A model generated the notes under the pieces. That model was given only the letters and a program-made list of their open reading frames with translations, had not been told where the DNA came from and searched no databases. A stretch of 64,000 nt of DNA from Tubulanus polymorphus (lineage: Eukaryota > Animalia > Nemertea). Numbering within the stretch: the stretch's first letter is position 1; each line of letters begins with the position of its first letter. Location: NCBI RefSeq assembly GCF_964204645.1, contig NC_134027.1, positions 19,802,560-19,866,559 of the forward strand. Direction: 5' to 3'. Of the stretch, positions 11,302 through 23,940 are shown in pieces. The position numbers and the translations under genes are program-made.

Positions 11302-12548
11302 TTAATACATAACACTATCTAATTGTGAATTTAAAATATTTAATTGTGCGTCAGATATAATATAAATATGCATTTTAAAACTTAGACTTCCTTTTTTCTT
11401 TGTCATGAATAATTGTATTCCATCTTTAGTATTTTGTAGTTTTTTCCAGAACCATGTAGTGAATAATCCTCTGTTGTTCTAAAATCTAACCATAATGCAT
11501 ATTTATTACCGGTATAATAATCAATTTGATTAATATTACAATTTTCAGATGATTTTAATTTTTCATTCATAAAATGTTTTCTAATTTCTGGCCATTGATC
11601 AATCATTCTCATTCCTTGACAAAATATTTTATTTGCTATTCCTTCAATAGTTATTTCTACTTTTGTTATTTCAGGATTATAATACTTATCAACCTGTATT
11701 GCACCATTAGAATATGTTGCAATTGTGAAAAATAATAATATGCCTTTAATAGATCTTCTTGGGAAGTTAATATTCTCATTAATAATTTCATCATTTGCAT
11801 TAATAGTTACAGTTTTAAATTTATCAATATAATCATATAATAATGAAAATCCTTGATTGTATTGAGTTTGAATTATACTTGAAATATTTTCATCAGTTAC
11901 TGTATCATATTCTAAACATATATTCGATAAATTATAACTCATATCTTTAACAACGCTAGATAATACAATTTCATTTACAGGAGCAAATGTTATCTCGAAT
12001 ATAACGTCTTCTTGAATTGCGTATTTATATAAAGGTGCATTATTATTTATCAATTCAAAGTCTAATGGAATTTTATATTTGCTTCCATAAATCTTTTTTA
12101 TCAAATTATCTGCGGTACGAGTTACTATTGCGTCATTAGCTCCTGATCTTAATTTATTTTGGTTTTCTGATTGAATGCCTTGAAATATCATATTATTTCT
12201 ATTTTCTTTAGTTAACCATAAATCTTTATAATGCATAAATAAATTATAATCATCTAATGAGAAAACTGTTTCTGGACCAATCTTTATTGTTAACTTTTTA
12301 ATCAAATATCTTCCAACATTATCAACAGCATAATTATTATTATTACCGATTACTTTTATATCGGCTGATAAATAAATACTATTTGGAACATAAAAAGTAT
12401 TTTGTGTTAATCGAGGTATTCTAACATATAAAGTTTCATCAGGATTAATATTAGAAGGGTTATGAGTAATTATATGATGTGATCTTTCTGCTTTACTAGC
12501 ATTAGATATTCTATGATTCTTAGAAGGATTGATATAACTCCCACTCAT
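11302..12548 (-). pseudogene. Putative double jelly-roll major capsid protein, 3' frameshift
   Basis: Near-identical to 61562-62809; ITHNPSNI..TLYVRIPRL pattern recalled from invertebrate Polinton MCPs; frameshift near 11440. Confidence 0.8.
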
Positions 12549-12588
12549 TTATTTAACAAAAAAATTAATTATTTATTTTTTATCATGG

Positions 12589-13790
12589 TTACTTGATATT
12601 TTTTGATATCATATTTACTAACCCAAAAATTATAGCACTTACAACTGTAATTAAAAATAAAATAATATGTTCAGCAGCAAAGTTAAGAATATTCCCAGCA
12701 GATTTCAATATAAAACCAACAATTGATGCAATAACTCCTGGTAATGCTGCAGCAGATTTTTTAGATAGTTCCCATAAATATTTTGCTAATTTTTTCAAAC
12801 CATCCTTAACTTTATCTTGTATAGAATTATTATTATCTGGGGGTTTATCCGGTTTATTGATTGTAGATTTTAAAGCATTTGATATTGCTAAACCTATTGT
12901 TGTGAATAACATAGTTACAGCTGTTAGAATTGAAAGAATTGTTATTCCTTCTAACTTAAATAATAATCTTATTCTATCTTTCAATGATAGATTAGAATCT
13001 GATTTTATTATTAAATCTTTAAAAATAACTTTTAATTTTTTAGTATGATTAAGATCATATGATTATAATAATATATCTCTTTCTTCTTTTTGTAATTTTA
13101 TGTTCTATTCTAAATCATCTATTTCTTTTTCTAAAGCTAACTTTCTGCTTTCATAATCAGGTTCATCTCTATTTAATTCTAATTGTTCTAATTTTTCATT
13201 TGCCATAGCTAATTCTTTTTCTAACATGGCTATTTTAGAAAATCTCATATTAATATTAGCATTTACATCAGCTGATTCTTGAATACCTTTAATTTCTTTA
13301 CGTGATTGTTCAGGAAATGCTTCCAATTCATCATCAGTTAATTTAAGAAGTCCTTTTTTAGTAAAGATTGTATTCGATTTATTCCAGTACTATTCATCTC
13401 TTCTTCTGAATCTCTTAATCTATCAATTTGTTCTTCTAATACTAATTGTAATTGACTTGAATCATTATCAATTGGTTGAGTGTCTCTTCTCGATGTTTCT
13501 GGTGTTGAAGATCTTAATCTATCTGATCGATCTCCATATTCTTCCATTTCTGGATCAAAATCAGTAGGATTTGGATTTGGATTTTTAAATGGTGAATATT
13601 TGTTAATATCAATTTTAGGAATTGGTTCTTCTTCATTTATTCTATCGATTGCATTCCATATAATTCTGAGAAATTCTGTGCCACCTTTTGAATGTTCAAT
13701 TGTAGATCTTGCTAACATTACAGGTTCATACATATTTTCTTGACCCATTCTAGATAATTGAATTGATACATTTTTGTTATTTAATTCAAC
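12589..13790 (-). pseudogene. Polinton coiled-coil protein with C-terminal hydrophobic/amphipathic helices
   Basis: Fragments 13338-13748, 13105-13326 and 12589-12984; C-terminus GITILSILTAV..LPGVIASIVGFILKSAG..FAAEH; homolog at 62851-64000. Confidence 0.7.
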
Positions 13791-13830
13791 ATTATATCAT
13801 ATCCATATTATTTCATATTTCTTCTGTTCA

Positions 13831-14175
13831 TTACTCGGGGTATAATAAATAATCTGATAATTTAGGTTTGTATAGATGTAATTTTTCTTTATTTGTTACC
13901 GCGTTATATAAACTCATTGCATCATCAACTGATTGAAAATCTCTATGTGAAATATTCTGATAAGTTAATTCTTTATTGATGTAATCCATATAATTTTGTC
14001 TCTTTTCTCTATATTCTTCTGCAGCTTTATTGTATTCCTCTGATGCTAAGTTATGTCTTTTTTGTTCTGATAATGAACCATTTTCATCAATTTTCTTGAA
14101 TAAATAACTACCACCAGTAAATGCCAAAGCGTTAACAATTGCCGATCCTATAATAGTTACAGCAGCAGAAGCCAT
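13831..14175 (-). pseudogene. Conserved small Polinton protein (hydrophobic N-terminus, KRHNLA coiled coil), 3' damaged
   Basis: Homolog of the longer ORF 49219-49641. Confidence 0.75.
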
Positions 14176-14199
14176 TTATTTAGTAAAATAATTACGCAT

Positions 14200-14421
14200 T
14201 TATATGGGAGGAATATATTTTTGTTTTTCCAAATAATCAATAGTTAAATTAGATAAAGTAACTGCTAATGTTAATTTTAAGATATCATTTATATCAAATC
14301 TATCAACATTAACACTTCCCATTTTGAATACTTTTTTTAATACCATTGAATAACCAACAGTTCCAACTGAGAGTATTGCGCCATTATATAATCCAGTTAT
14401 TATCCACTTATTATCACTCAT
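14200..14421 (-). CDS. Small hydrophobic Polinton protein
   Basis: 73 aa, TAAATG start, homolog at 48975-49202. Confidence 0.75.
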   Translation of the reverse strand: MSDNKWIITGLYNGAILSVGTVGYSMVLKKVFKMGSVNVDRFDINDILKLTLAVTLSNLTIDYLEKQKYIPPI

Positions 14422-14778
14422 TTATTTATCAAAAAAATTACTATCATCAAAATATTTAGTTAACTTATTTATGATTAAATCAACATTTATTTCATTACTA
14501 GTTTCATTTGTATATATTTCAATTATTATTTTTTTAATATCATCTATGATAAAATCTTCATCTAATTCATAAAATCTTAAAGATTCTCTAATTAAATTAG
14601 TAATCTTTTCTACATTTAAAGTTTCTTTATTTATTGTTGTTTCATACTCAAATGTTGTTTCATTAGAAAATGTAATATTTTTGATATGCATTATTACATC
14701 ATTAATATTAAATTTCATTTCTTTCTCATGTTTAAAATCAAACCCAAAACATATACTCGGTCCAACAGTTATATTCAT
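14422..14778 (-). CDS. Polinton hypothetical protein
   Basis: 118 aa, TAAATG start, homolog at 48616. Confidence 0.75.
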   Translation of the reverse strand: MNITVGPSICFGFDFKHEKEMKFNINDVIMHIKNITFSNETTFEYETTINKETLNVEKITNLIRESLRFYELDEDFIIDDIKKIIIEIYTNETSNEINVDLIINKLTKYFDDSNFFDK

Positions 14779-14794
14779 TTATATATCAAAAAAA

Positions 14795-15554
14795 TTACTC
14801 TCTACATCTTATAACTAATTCATATATCACAGGAAAGTTATTCAAATCAATTAAATATCCATTATGATTTCTTATTTATAATTTAAAATTATTAAATTTA
14901 GGAATGCAAGGTTTAAAATCACATTCTGTTAAATTATAATTTATTTGAGTTCCAAATTGTTTAACATTTTTTAATGGTAAAATATTTAGTATACTAGAAT
15001 TACAAATTGTATCTTTAGTTGCTTCGAATGTTTTTGTAGGCTCGATTAAATTGCAATAAATATAAAAGTGTGTAAAAGGTATTATATTTGAATTACCATC
15101 TACGTTTCCTGTAACAGTATCTGGTGCAATTCCTAACAGTTTAGCTAATGTTTTTTTTTACCATAAATGCATGTTGACTTTCATCATATACCTTTATTTT
15201 AATTTTGTTTGTGCTACCACTTTTTATAAATCTAATTAAAAATTTATCATCTTTTCTGATTTTCAACCGTGCTCTACGATTGATTTCTTGAGCTAATGTT
15301 TCTAAATTATATAATCCTGGTTTTAAAATTAGGTGAAACCATTTATTTACATTTATAATATGAATCATAAAAGCATTATCTTCAATAGTTTTATCCGTTA
15401 TATTATAAAAAGAATTACATAAACTTATATTTACTAATTTTAAATCTACACAATTTTTATATTTTCTATCTAATTGTACTAGTAAATTATGAGATTTATA
15501 ATTTGTAAGTTTTCTAGAATCAACAAATATTCTGTATTCTTTTAATTCTACCAT
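14795..15554 (-). pseudogene. Putative minor capsid (penton) protein, frameshifted
   Basis: IFVDSR, NSFYNIT, LKPGLYN, LLG, YIYCNLI, GYLIDLNN pattern of single jelly-roll mCPs; frameshift in an A-tract near 15155. Confidence 0.75.
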
Positions 15555-15571
15555 TTATTTTACATATTTTC

Positions 15572-15925
15572 TTATTCGAAATCTATTTCATGGTGCCCTT
15601 TTTCATTCTTACCTTTGTATACGAAATAGAAATCACCAGAACATAATTCTTCTAAATCTTCACTTGATAATCTATGAAATCTATCCGGTAAATATGTTCT
15701 GAATTTATGTGTATTTCCTTTTAATCCTTCATATTCTAAGTGTATAACTAATTTATCTCCATATTTGTTAGTTACTGTATCAATATTTGTAATTAGATAT
15801 TTCTTATGGATTATTAATTCTGTTAACTTTTTGAATTTATAATCGACAGATTTTACATTTGTAGTATCTTTTATTCTATCTAGAAATAATTTGTTGTTCT
15901 CACTGTGCGCTTGTTTACTCTCCAT
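15572..15925 (-). CDS. Putative OB-fold single-stranded DNA-binding protein
   Basis: FKKLTEL..KKY.I..TNKYG..LVI..YLP.RF..FVYKG pattern; directly downstream of pPolB with the same upstream motif. Fold assignment is inference. Confidence 0.5.
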   Translation of the reverse strand: MESKQAHSENNKLFLDRIKDTTNVKSVDYKFKKLTELIIHKKYLITNIDTVTNKYGDKLVIHLEYEGLKGNTHKFRTYLPDRFHRLSSEDLEELCSGDFYFVYKGKNEKGHHEIDFE

Positions 15926-15953
15926 TTTATAACATATTTTTATTAAAATTTGA

Positions 15954-18900
15954 TTAACACGTTAGAATCCTGTTCATTATCTCGTTCTCTTTTGTTTCTT
16001 CTCTTTTGAACTTTAGATATTCATTTAAATTGCAACCATATGCAACTGTATGAATTCCATCATCCAGAATATATCTTTTATCATCAAATGGGTTTAGACT
16101 AACCTTTTCAATTTCTTCAATAAACATTTCATGATCTTCAGATCTTAAACATCTCATCTTATGTTTTCTAACTTCTTCATTGAATATACAATTGATGTAA
16201 TCTTTGAAATGAATATTCTTTTCTACTACACTTTTGGTTATTCCTTTTAACTTTTTAGCTTCATGTTCTTTAGTTTTATATGAATACATTTTAGATCTAA
16301 TACCGATGAACTCTATCATTTCTTCACCACCTAATTCATCCTTGAATTTACCGGGAACTTTTTTATTATCATTGCTAAACAATTCATGATCTTTAGGATA
16401 ATTACTGAAATCAAAATGATGTTTTAATGTTTTTAAATCATCAGTTATGTTATCAGTTTTTATCATTAAAATGTAAGAATCGGAATCAAAATATAATATT
16501 TCTATATGTTTTTCTCCAAAAAGTGGTTGTAATACATTATAATAGAATTCATACATTAGTAATTTTGATAATTCTAAAACTGATGCTCCAACATAGATTG
16601 GTTTATTAAATTTCATAGAAATTCTTCTCATCTAAACTGCAGCTAAATTTTCATCAAATATTCTGTTACCAATGAACTTAGGATATGATTGTAAATGCCT
16701 TATCCTTTTACCATTACTGACTAACTCAATATCATTTCTATTTCTAATATTTTCACAAGTCTTACCATAGAATGCATTATTCATTAACTTGAAGAAATCT
16801 TTTTCGAAATCAGTTTTAGCTTCAGTTCTCTGTTTGGTGTTAAAATCTATATATTTTTCTAACCACTTAGATTGTCTAAATGAAATATATCTATGTACTT
16901 ACTTTAGAACCATTCCTTGATTTAGATAAAATTTTAACATTCTATAATGTACTACATAATTAAATTTATCTTCTTGAGTTACCATTAACTTTTCTGTATG
17001 AATATGATTTTCGGGTTTAATTCTTTTTTGGTAATTTGATAATTCTTCATGAGTAACGGTTTTATGTTCGGGGCAGTAAGCTAGATTTCTAGATTTAAAT
17101 CTTCAGGATATTCTAAATCTACAACAAAGAAGTAACCAGTATCTGAATCATCTGCAATATCTAGAATTCTTTTCTTCCAATCAAATTTATCATTATTTTC
17201 ATTCTGTAAAACTTCAGTTAATTCAAATACTCCATAAGGTTGTGGTTCCATCATTGCCCAACCATACAAATTATTTGCATCTATATATAATAACTTATAT
17301 CCAGGGTTATCATTTACATTGAAATATCTATCACCTAATACACCTGAAACTCCTCCTCTTATAGATTTTTCAAATAATAGTAATTGATCTATATTTGTTA
17401 ACAAATCCATTTTTATATCCGTAAATCTTAATCCACAATCCCATGTTAAACCTGGTGATGAATAACAATGACATGGATCAATATTGATATATTTTAGGTT
17501 AACATCTCTAAACCTTTCGAATATATCGGTTAATAATAATACATCTGATTTTAGATATAAATCTACTAATCGTCCATGATTTGTTATTTTAAAATGATTC
17601 CAAATATTCAATGTTCTGTTATAGACTTCATCTTTAACATATTCATTTTTTAATTCATCATAGAATTGTTCTTTTAATAATTCAGTTATGTTAAAATCAT
17701 TATGATTTTTATAGAAAGAATATGGAATTGCTCCTTTATATCTCATTAATTGAAAATCATCATTATTTGGGTAGTGTTGTTTTAATATTTTTAATTCATC
17801 ATCAACTAATGATTTTGATAAGTTATCTAATGAACTATTTAAAAATCTATATGAATCTATAAATCTTAGGCAACCAAATTGGAATGATATATAATTCTCA
17901 GATGTTTTAGCTAACATTCTAAATTTATAAGTTGGTATTTTATCTTTTGATCTATTTGAATTTAATCTTTCTATTTCATTATTAATTTCTTCTATTTTAT
18001 GGCATAACTGTTTGATGAATAAATGTGCATCATATCCTGATAGATTATGAAATATAACTGGTACAAAGTTAATTTTCTTAGCTTGTAAGTTAAAATTCTC
18101 ATGTGCAGCGCCTCTAAACTTTCCATTCAAATGATCATGGACTCTTACTTTTTTATCTTTATAATTAAATATCTTTTCACAATAATAACATTTATCTGCA
18201 AACGCAAATTCTTCTTTATCTTCTTCTGTCATTATAATTTCTATATTTGTATTCAATAATTTACTAAATCTTATTTCATATTCAATTAATAAGTCACAAA
18301 AATGATTGATAACATTTTCATTTCTATAATCATAATATTCACTTTCAATTAGTTCTGGATAATCAGATTTAATATATAACCCGAAAGCAGCAGCTGATTG
18401 ATGAATCTTTTTAATAGTATTTGTTTTTGGTGGTTCATCTGAAAAATCATTTTCATTAGAATTTAATTTCTTTCTTTTATAATATATTTCTTTTCTATCT
18501 TGATCAGTTAATTCTTTATTTAATGATTCAAAATCTCCATATATAGCAAATGGAACTTTATTTTTGTAATCATATTTTTTGAATTCTAATATTTTATCCT
18601 TTTCATTTGGTAAAACTAATTTACAATAATCATGATTTTCACATAATTGTTTATGATTTGATAATGTACTTTCATTACTGAATCTATGTAAACATTTTCT
18701 ACATAGATATATTTTATTATGGTGATCACTTTCTGTTCTAAAGAATAAATCTATTTGTTTAATCCACATATAATGATTCTCATAATATAGTATATCTATA
18801 ACATCAATTGAATCATAATCTTTTGATAGATATAAAGGTTCTAATCTATAATGTTTTATGTTGTTACCTTTTGTATTTGGTAATTTGATTAAATCAAATA

Positions 18901-19985
18901 CATTTATTCTTAAATTATTATCTCTTTCTATTTTTGGGATGTTTTTAATTCTAACAGGATACTTATCTTTCTTATAATTATTTTCAAATGGTTTATAATG
19001 AGTTAATCTAAAACTATGTTGTTTATAATCTTCAACTGGGTGTAAATAACTTGTTATAGCCCATAGAAAACATTTATCATCAGAATTTTGTACATTTATA
19101 ACAGCATTAGTTTTAAATGGTAGTTTAAAATAACTCGATGCTTCAATATCTGGTTCTTTATAATATGATACATTTTTTTCATCTATTGGTTTTGATTTAG
19201 TTAACTTATTATATTTTGTGTTATAAACATGTAAAGTCATAAATATTATTTCATCAAATATTAAACCAGATCCTTCAAAATATTTCTCTTCTATTTTAGT
19301 TTTTACTTCATTATAACATTTATCTAATTTATCATCTATATGTTGTTTAGATATAATATGTTGTGAATGAGAATTTATATTATATATGGGTTTATCTTCA
19401 GATAAACTTTACTTTAACTGATATACTTATTTTAGGATATTCAACATCAGTTATTATTTTCATTATTTCTTTCATATTTCCTAAATGTTTTTTATTTTCT
19501 TCTAATGTTTTTCCTTTATGAAATTTAAACTCGATAGCTGCTGGACCAATATCACTTTTAAATGCTTCGGTTATCTCTATATCTTTTTTATTATCTAATG
19601 AATTAATATAATTTCTTACATCTTCCATGTATGGTCTTTTATTGTTTAATTTATTTCTTATTCTTTTAATTGTCTTATGTTTCTTATCATTGTCATTATG
19701 AAAATAATCTTCACCTAAAATATCATTATTCTTATTTCTAATATGACTTTTAGATTTTAAATGTTCATTATAATATCTTTTATCACTGAATGATTGATTA
19801 CATGTATCACATTTGTATGTTTCTTTTTCATTCTTTAATTCATCTAATTTAGTTTCTAATATATCATCTTTATATTCTAATTTCAATTTATTCTCTAAAT
19901 GTGTTTTAGTTTTATTGTGTCTTGCTTTTTGGGATTTATCTATATTGATATTACATGTTGGACAGTAGTACTTATTTGCTTCCAT
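15954..19985 (-). pseudogene. polB: pPolB, intein-less allele
   Basis: Same domain order as in element A; motif C reads YFDSDS with no insert; stop at 19398 and frameshift near 17081. Confidence 0.95.
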
Positions 19986-20028
19986 TTTTAATACTAAATT
20001 TTTTATTAAAATTGATTTTAGAAGTTCA

Positions 20029-20349
20029 ATGATTTATATATGTATTATTTCAATCACACTTTACTAACACTTTTAATGTTTAAACATCTAACTCATACAA
20101 ATATGAATATTGAAATAATGTTGTAAATATAAACTTTTATATCTATTCTATAAGAGCTCACACTTTACTCACACTTTTATATTGAATAATCAATCAATTT
20201 ATATGTTATTCATATATTATTTATTCATGTATATAAATATTTTAAGAGTAATAGGGATAAAAGGCTTTCAAGCTAAAGGTTGAACGGGCGGGTGAGTAAA
20301 AAATGAAAAACATCGACCTTTGGCTTGAAAGCCTATTATCCCTATTACT
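20029..20349 (-). repeat. Right TIR of element B, with centrally deleted terminal hairpin (20247-20349)
   Basis: AGTAATAGGGATAAAAGGCTTTCAAGC at 20247 pairs with GCTTGAAAGCCTATTATCCCTATTACT ending at 20349. Confidence 0.88.
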
Positions 20350-20640
20350 AATGGCTTTTACAAATAACGCTGTGTTTTGATGGTTGCCAGTTCGCCTCTC
20401 CCCTTCGAACAGCGGTGATCCAAATCTTGCGTCTCTTCTCATCTCTCGGAAAGGCATGCCCCCCAAGCGTTCCACAAAGTGGAACACAACACTCCGTGGG
20501 CATTGTTAGATATAATACAACGCTTTAAAGCGTTCAGTAAAAGTGACGCGGTGGTGAATGGCGCCATTGTTCCGGTTCAAAATAACCGAGTTGACGATCA
20601 GCGCCGCCTGGGAGCAGGTGCGCGAAGGCGGGCTCCTCAT

Positions 20641-21848
20641 TAGTGATTTACTGGTTCTGACTTGTAACGATCAATCACAATTATCAATTTTATTGACAAA
20701 AATGATGATTTTTTTGAAAATTTCGTCTGAGCAGACAGCTTTATAAGCCAGACTTTTCATCATAAATGAAACTGGTATTTCTTTAATTCCTAATGACTAA
20801 AGCCGGGCGTAGGTCGGCCTTGCGATCGCTTGTGACTCACTGCGACGCCATTCACTGCGACTGACAGCGACGATTGTGTCACAACGACTCATCGACCTAT
20901 GCTCCCTTGCGACGGGTTGCGACTGTCAGCAACGCCAGTCACAAGGATTCGCACGTGTTCTACTTTCTGCGACGCGACACGACTGTCACAACGAAAGGTT
21001 TTTCGTTCGAACAATCGTTCAATCAAACAGAATCGTTTTAATTTGAACAGAATTTTCTTGTCAGAACATTAAGTTTTTCGTTCGAACAAGCATATTGTAA
21101 AAAGTTTTTTCTCTGAACCAAAAGTATTAAGGATTTCGTTCAATCGAATCGATTGAAGCAATTTGAAAAAATCGTTAGAAAAAAAGTTGAACAAACTTTT
21201 TTTGTCCCAACGAAAGGTTTTTCGTTCAAACAATCGTTCGATCGAACAGTATTGTTTTAATTGAAACAGAATTTTCTTGTCAGAACATTAAGTTTTTCGT
21301 TCAAACAAGTAAATAGTAAATAGTTTTTTCTCCGAACCAAAAGTATTAAGTATTTCGTTTAATCGAACAGAATTGTTTTCATTCAAACATTCGTTTGAAA
21401 AAATTGTTTTCGCTCAACCAAATTTTTTTGCCGGGACAAAAAGTTTTTCATTTCAACAATAACATAGCTTTTCATTCGAACACATTTTTTTGTCAGAATG
21501 AAGAAATTTTTGGTTCAAACAAAAAGCGTATTGTTCGATCAAACTGAATTTTTTTCCCTCGAACAAGATTTTCTTGTCGGAACATAAAGTTTTTTGGTCG
21601 AACAGCGTAAGTTTTTTGGTCGAAGAGCGTGTTAAGTTCGTTTTGGAAATTAACTCGGTCTGGTATATTTTGGATTACTGTGTATGTCATTTGTCAGGAC
21701 ATTAAACAGAAGACGACTTAGGATACTTCCTTGCGTGACTCCACTAGTTAGACCGACTTATTCCAAAATGAGGCGTTCCGTTGATTTCGGCTACAAGTTT
21801 TCGTTCAGAGATAACCGCTGAGCCATTTGGGCGACCTATCATTGATAC
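20641..21848. repeat. Composite host repeat, copy 1 (partial MITE plus TTCGTTCGAACA-rich ~215-bp units)
   Basis: Colinear with 23040-23940 plus 25205-25539. Confidence 0.8.
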
Positions 21849-23214
21849 TGTTTCCTAATAGCCTGTTTATTAATGGCTGGTGTTGTGCCTTATCAAATGC
21901 TTTGTCGAAATCCACCGTTGAACAGGATTCTAAGACTGTGCAGAAAACCCGTTATCGCTGCTTTGCAGCTATATTTATTATTATTATTATTATTATTTTT
22001 TTCCACACTTTTTTTGTCAAAAGTACATAGGCTTTTTTTTCATTACTGCTGTTGCCGATACAATCCGTCTGATATCATTCAGCTCACTTCGATCTACAAA
22101 TACTCCGTGCGCATTTTGAAGAATCAACGTTACAAAAGCACTGTCGGGCCGTAAACATCGAAAATTGAGCCCCATTCAAAGAGCCGACATGTTTTTCTAA
22201 GTCGTCTTTCCGAAATCTACCGCACGTTTCTTGTCACGTCGATTATCAATTCAAGCATAAATTAACAAATTTATTACCCAAAGATTGCACATTCAGCCGC
22301 GGTTTTAAAAAACTAATTTAAACAATAGCCCATTTACCTCATCAAATCATATTATCGAAACACAGGAAATTTACTACTTTAGATTCTAAAAGCACTGTCG
22401 AGCCGTAAACACCGACTAATCGACGTGTGTCGCTACATCGTCCTTCCAGGGATCAGCTGCGAGTTTCTCCTCCTCATGAGAATCAAATCGAGTACAAATT
22501 TATTTATTACTACCAGTGATTTGGCAATACCTTTAACCATACCTTTTTTCAATTAACCGTGTATTTACTAAGATAAATCATTAGAGTACCGGGGAGTCGT
22601 CGGCCTAAACTAAACATGCCGAAAAGATATAGCGGAGAAACGCTGTTATGTCGACGATGTATCAAAAGAAACAATATATTACTTCATTCAGCCGCGGGCT
22701 TCAACCATTTATCAATACTCTATATTTTCTACAGTACATACCGATCTTTGTCAAATGCACAAGGTATTTACTAAATAAAAGTATATAACACACCCCTATC
22801 CGTATGCTGGACTCGCATTCACAGTATGATTGTTGCGTTTGTTAACGGACTCATTGGATTTAACTTCATAACAAAATTTACGATATTTAGGAGGGTTGTT
22901 ATTCAATAGGCCTACGACCAATCTGTCCGGATGTTAGGCCTTCGCATATACATAGGCCTACATAGGCTAGTAGCCTCAAATAGGTTAAAGCTAAGTTCAC
23001 TGTAAAGGAGGAATCAGATTTATTAAAATGCATGTTAATTAGTGATTAACTGGTTGTGACTTGCAACGATCAATCACAATTATTTATTTTATTGCCAAAA
23101 ATGAAGATTTTTCTGAAAATTTCGCCTGAGCAGACAGCTTTATAAGCCAGACTTTTCATTTGAGTTTTTTCATCATAAATGAAACTGTTTTTTTCATTAA
23201 TTCCTAATAAGTTA

Positions 23215-23490
23215 AGCTGGGCATAGGTCGGCTTTGCGACGGCTTGTGACTCACTGCGACACCATTCACTGCGACCGCCAGCGACGATTGTGTCGCAACG
23301 ACTGAACGCCCTACGCTCCCTTGCGACTACTTTCTGTGATGCGATGCGACACGACTGTCACAACCGACCTACGCGCTCTTGCAACTGGCAGAAACTAGTC
23401 GCACACAGTCGCTGACAATCGTATCGCAACCGAAACTTGCGATGCAACGCGAGGATCGCATTGCGTCGCAAGGCCGACCTACGTCTCGCT
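23215..23490. mobile_element. PIF/Harbinger-like MITE
   Basis: Imperfect TIRs AGCTGGGCATAGGTCGGCTTTGCGACG / CGTCGCAAGGCCGACCTACGTCTCGCT flanked by TTA on both sides; partial copy at ~20801-20990. Confidence 0.7.
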
Positions 23491-23940
23491 TTAAGTTACT
23501 GCGGAGCCCCAGAAATATCTTTTTTTCGCTCAAAAGGCCTTTCGCTTGAAAATTTTTTCGTCGGAACAAAATTTATTTCGTTCGAACCAATAATATTCTG
23601 TTCGATTGAACCAATTTGAAAAAAATCGTCAGAACAAAGTTGAAGAAACTTTTTTTGTCCAAACAAAAGGTTTTTCGTTCGAACAATCGTTCGATCGAAC
23701 AGAATCGTCTTAATTTGAACTGAATTTTCTTGTCAGAACATTAAGTTTTTCGTTCGAACAAGTATATTGTAAAAAGTTTTTTCTCCGAACCAAAAGTATT
23801 AGGTATTTCGTTCAATAGAACAGAATTGTTTTCATTCAAACATTCGTTCGAAAAAAATTGTTTTCGCTCAACCAAATTTTTTTGCCGGGACAAAAAGTTT
23901 TTCATTTCAATAATAACATAGCTTTTTATTCGAACACATC

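Larger units (their letters stand above)
5740..20349. mobile_element. Polinton/Maverick element B, near complete, decayed, intein-less pPolB
   Basis: Inverted repeats at ~5835-6060 and ~20029-20312; encodes integrase, ATPase, MCP, mCP and pPolB; right terminus ...ATCCCTATTACT at 20349 followed by GC-richer host DNA. Confidence 0.92.

Noticed and set aside
12593-13048. Plus-strand ORFs 12593-13048 and 62774-63322
   Set aside because: Antisense shadows of the conserved membrane-protein gene.
5740-20349. Absence of an adenain-type maturation protease as a family trait
   Set aside because: B has internal deletions (it lacks the genes at 49661 and 50106 of C) and A, C and D are incomplete, so absence cannot be established.
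1-20349. Alternative genetic code or programmed frameshifting to explain split genes
   Set aside because: Stops and shifts fall at different positions in homologous copies, as expected for pseudogene decay or homopolymer errors.
20350-20355. TSD linking B's right end to another terminus in the window
   Set aside because: AATGGC does not match the flank of D (TAAACC) or of A (AAAATG); the partner ends lie outside the window.
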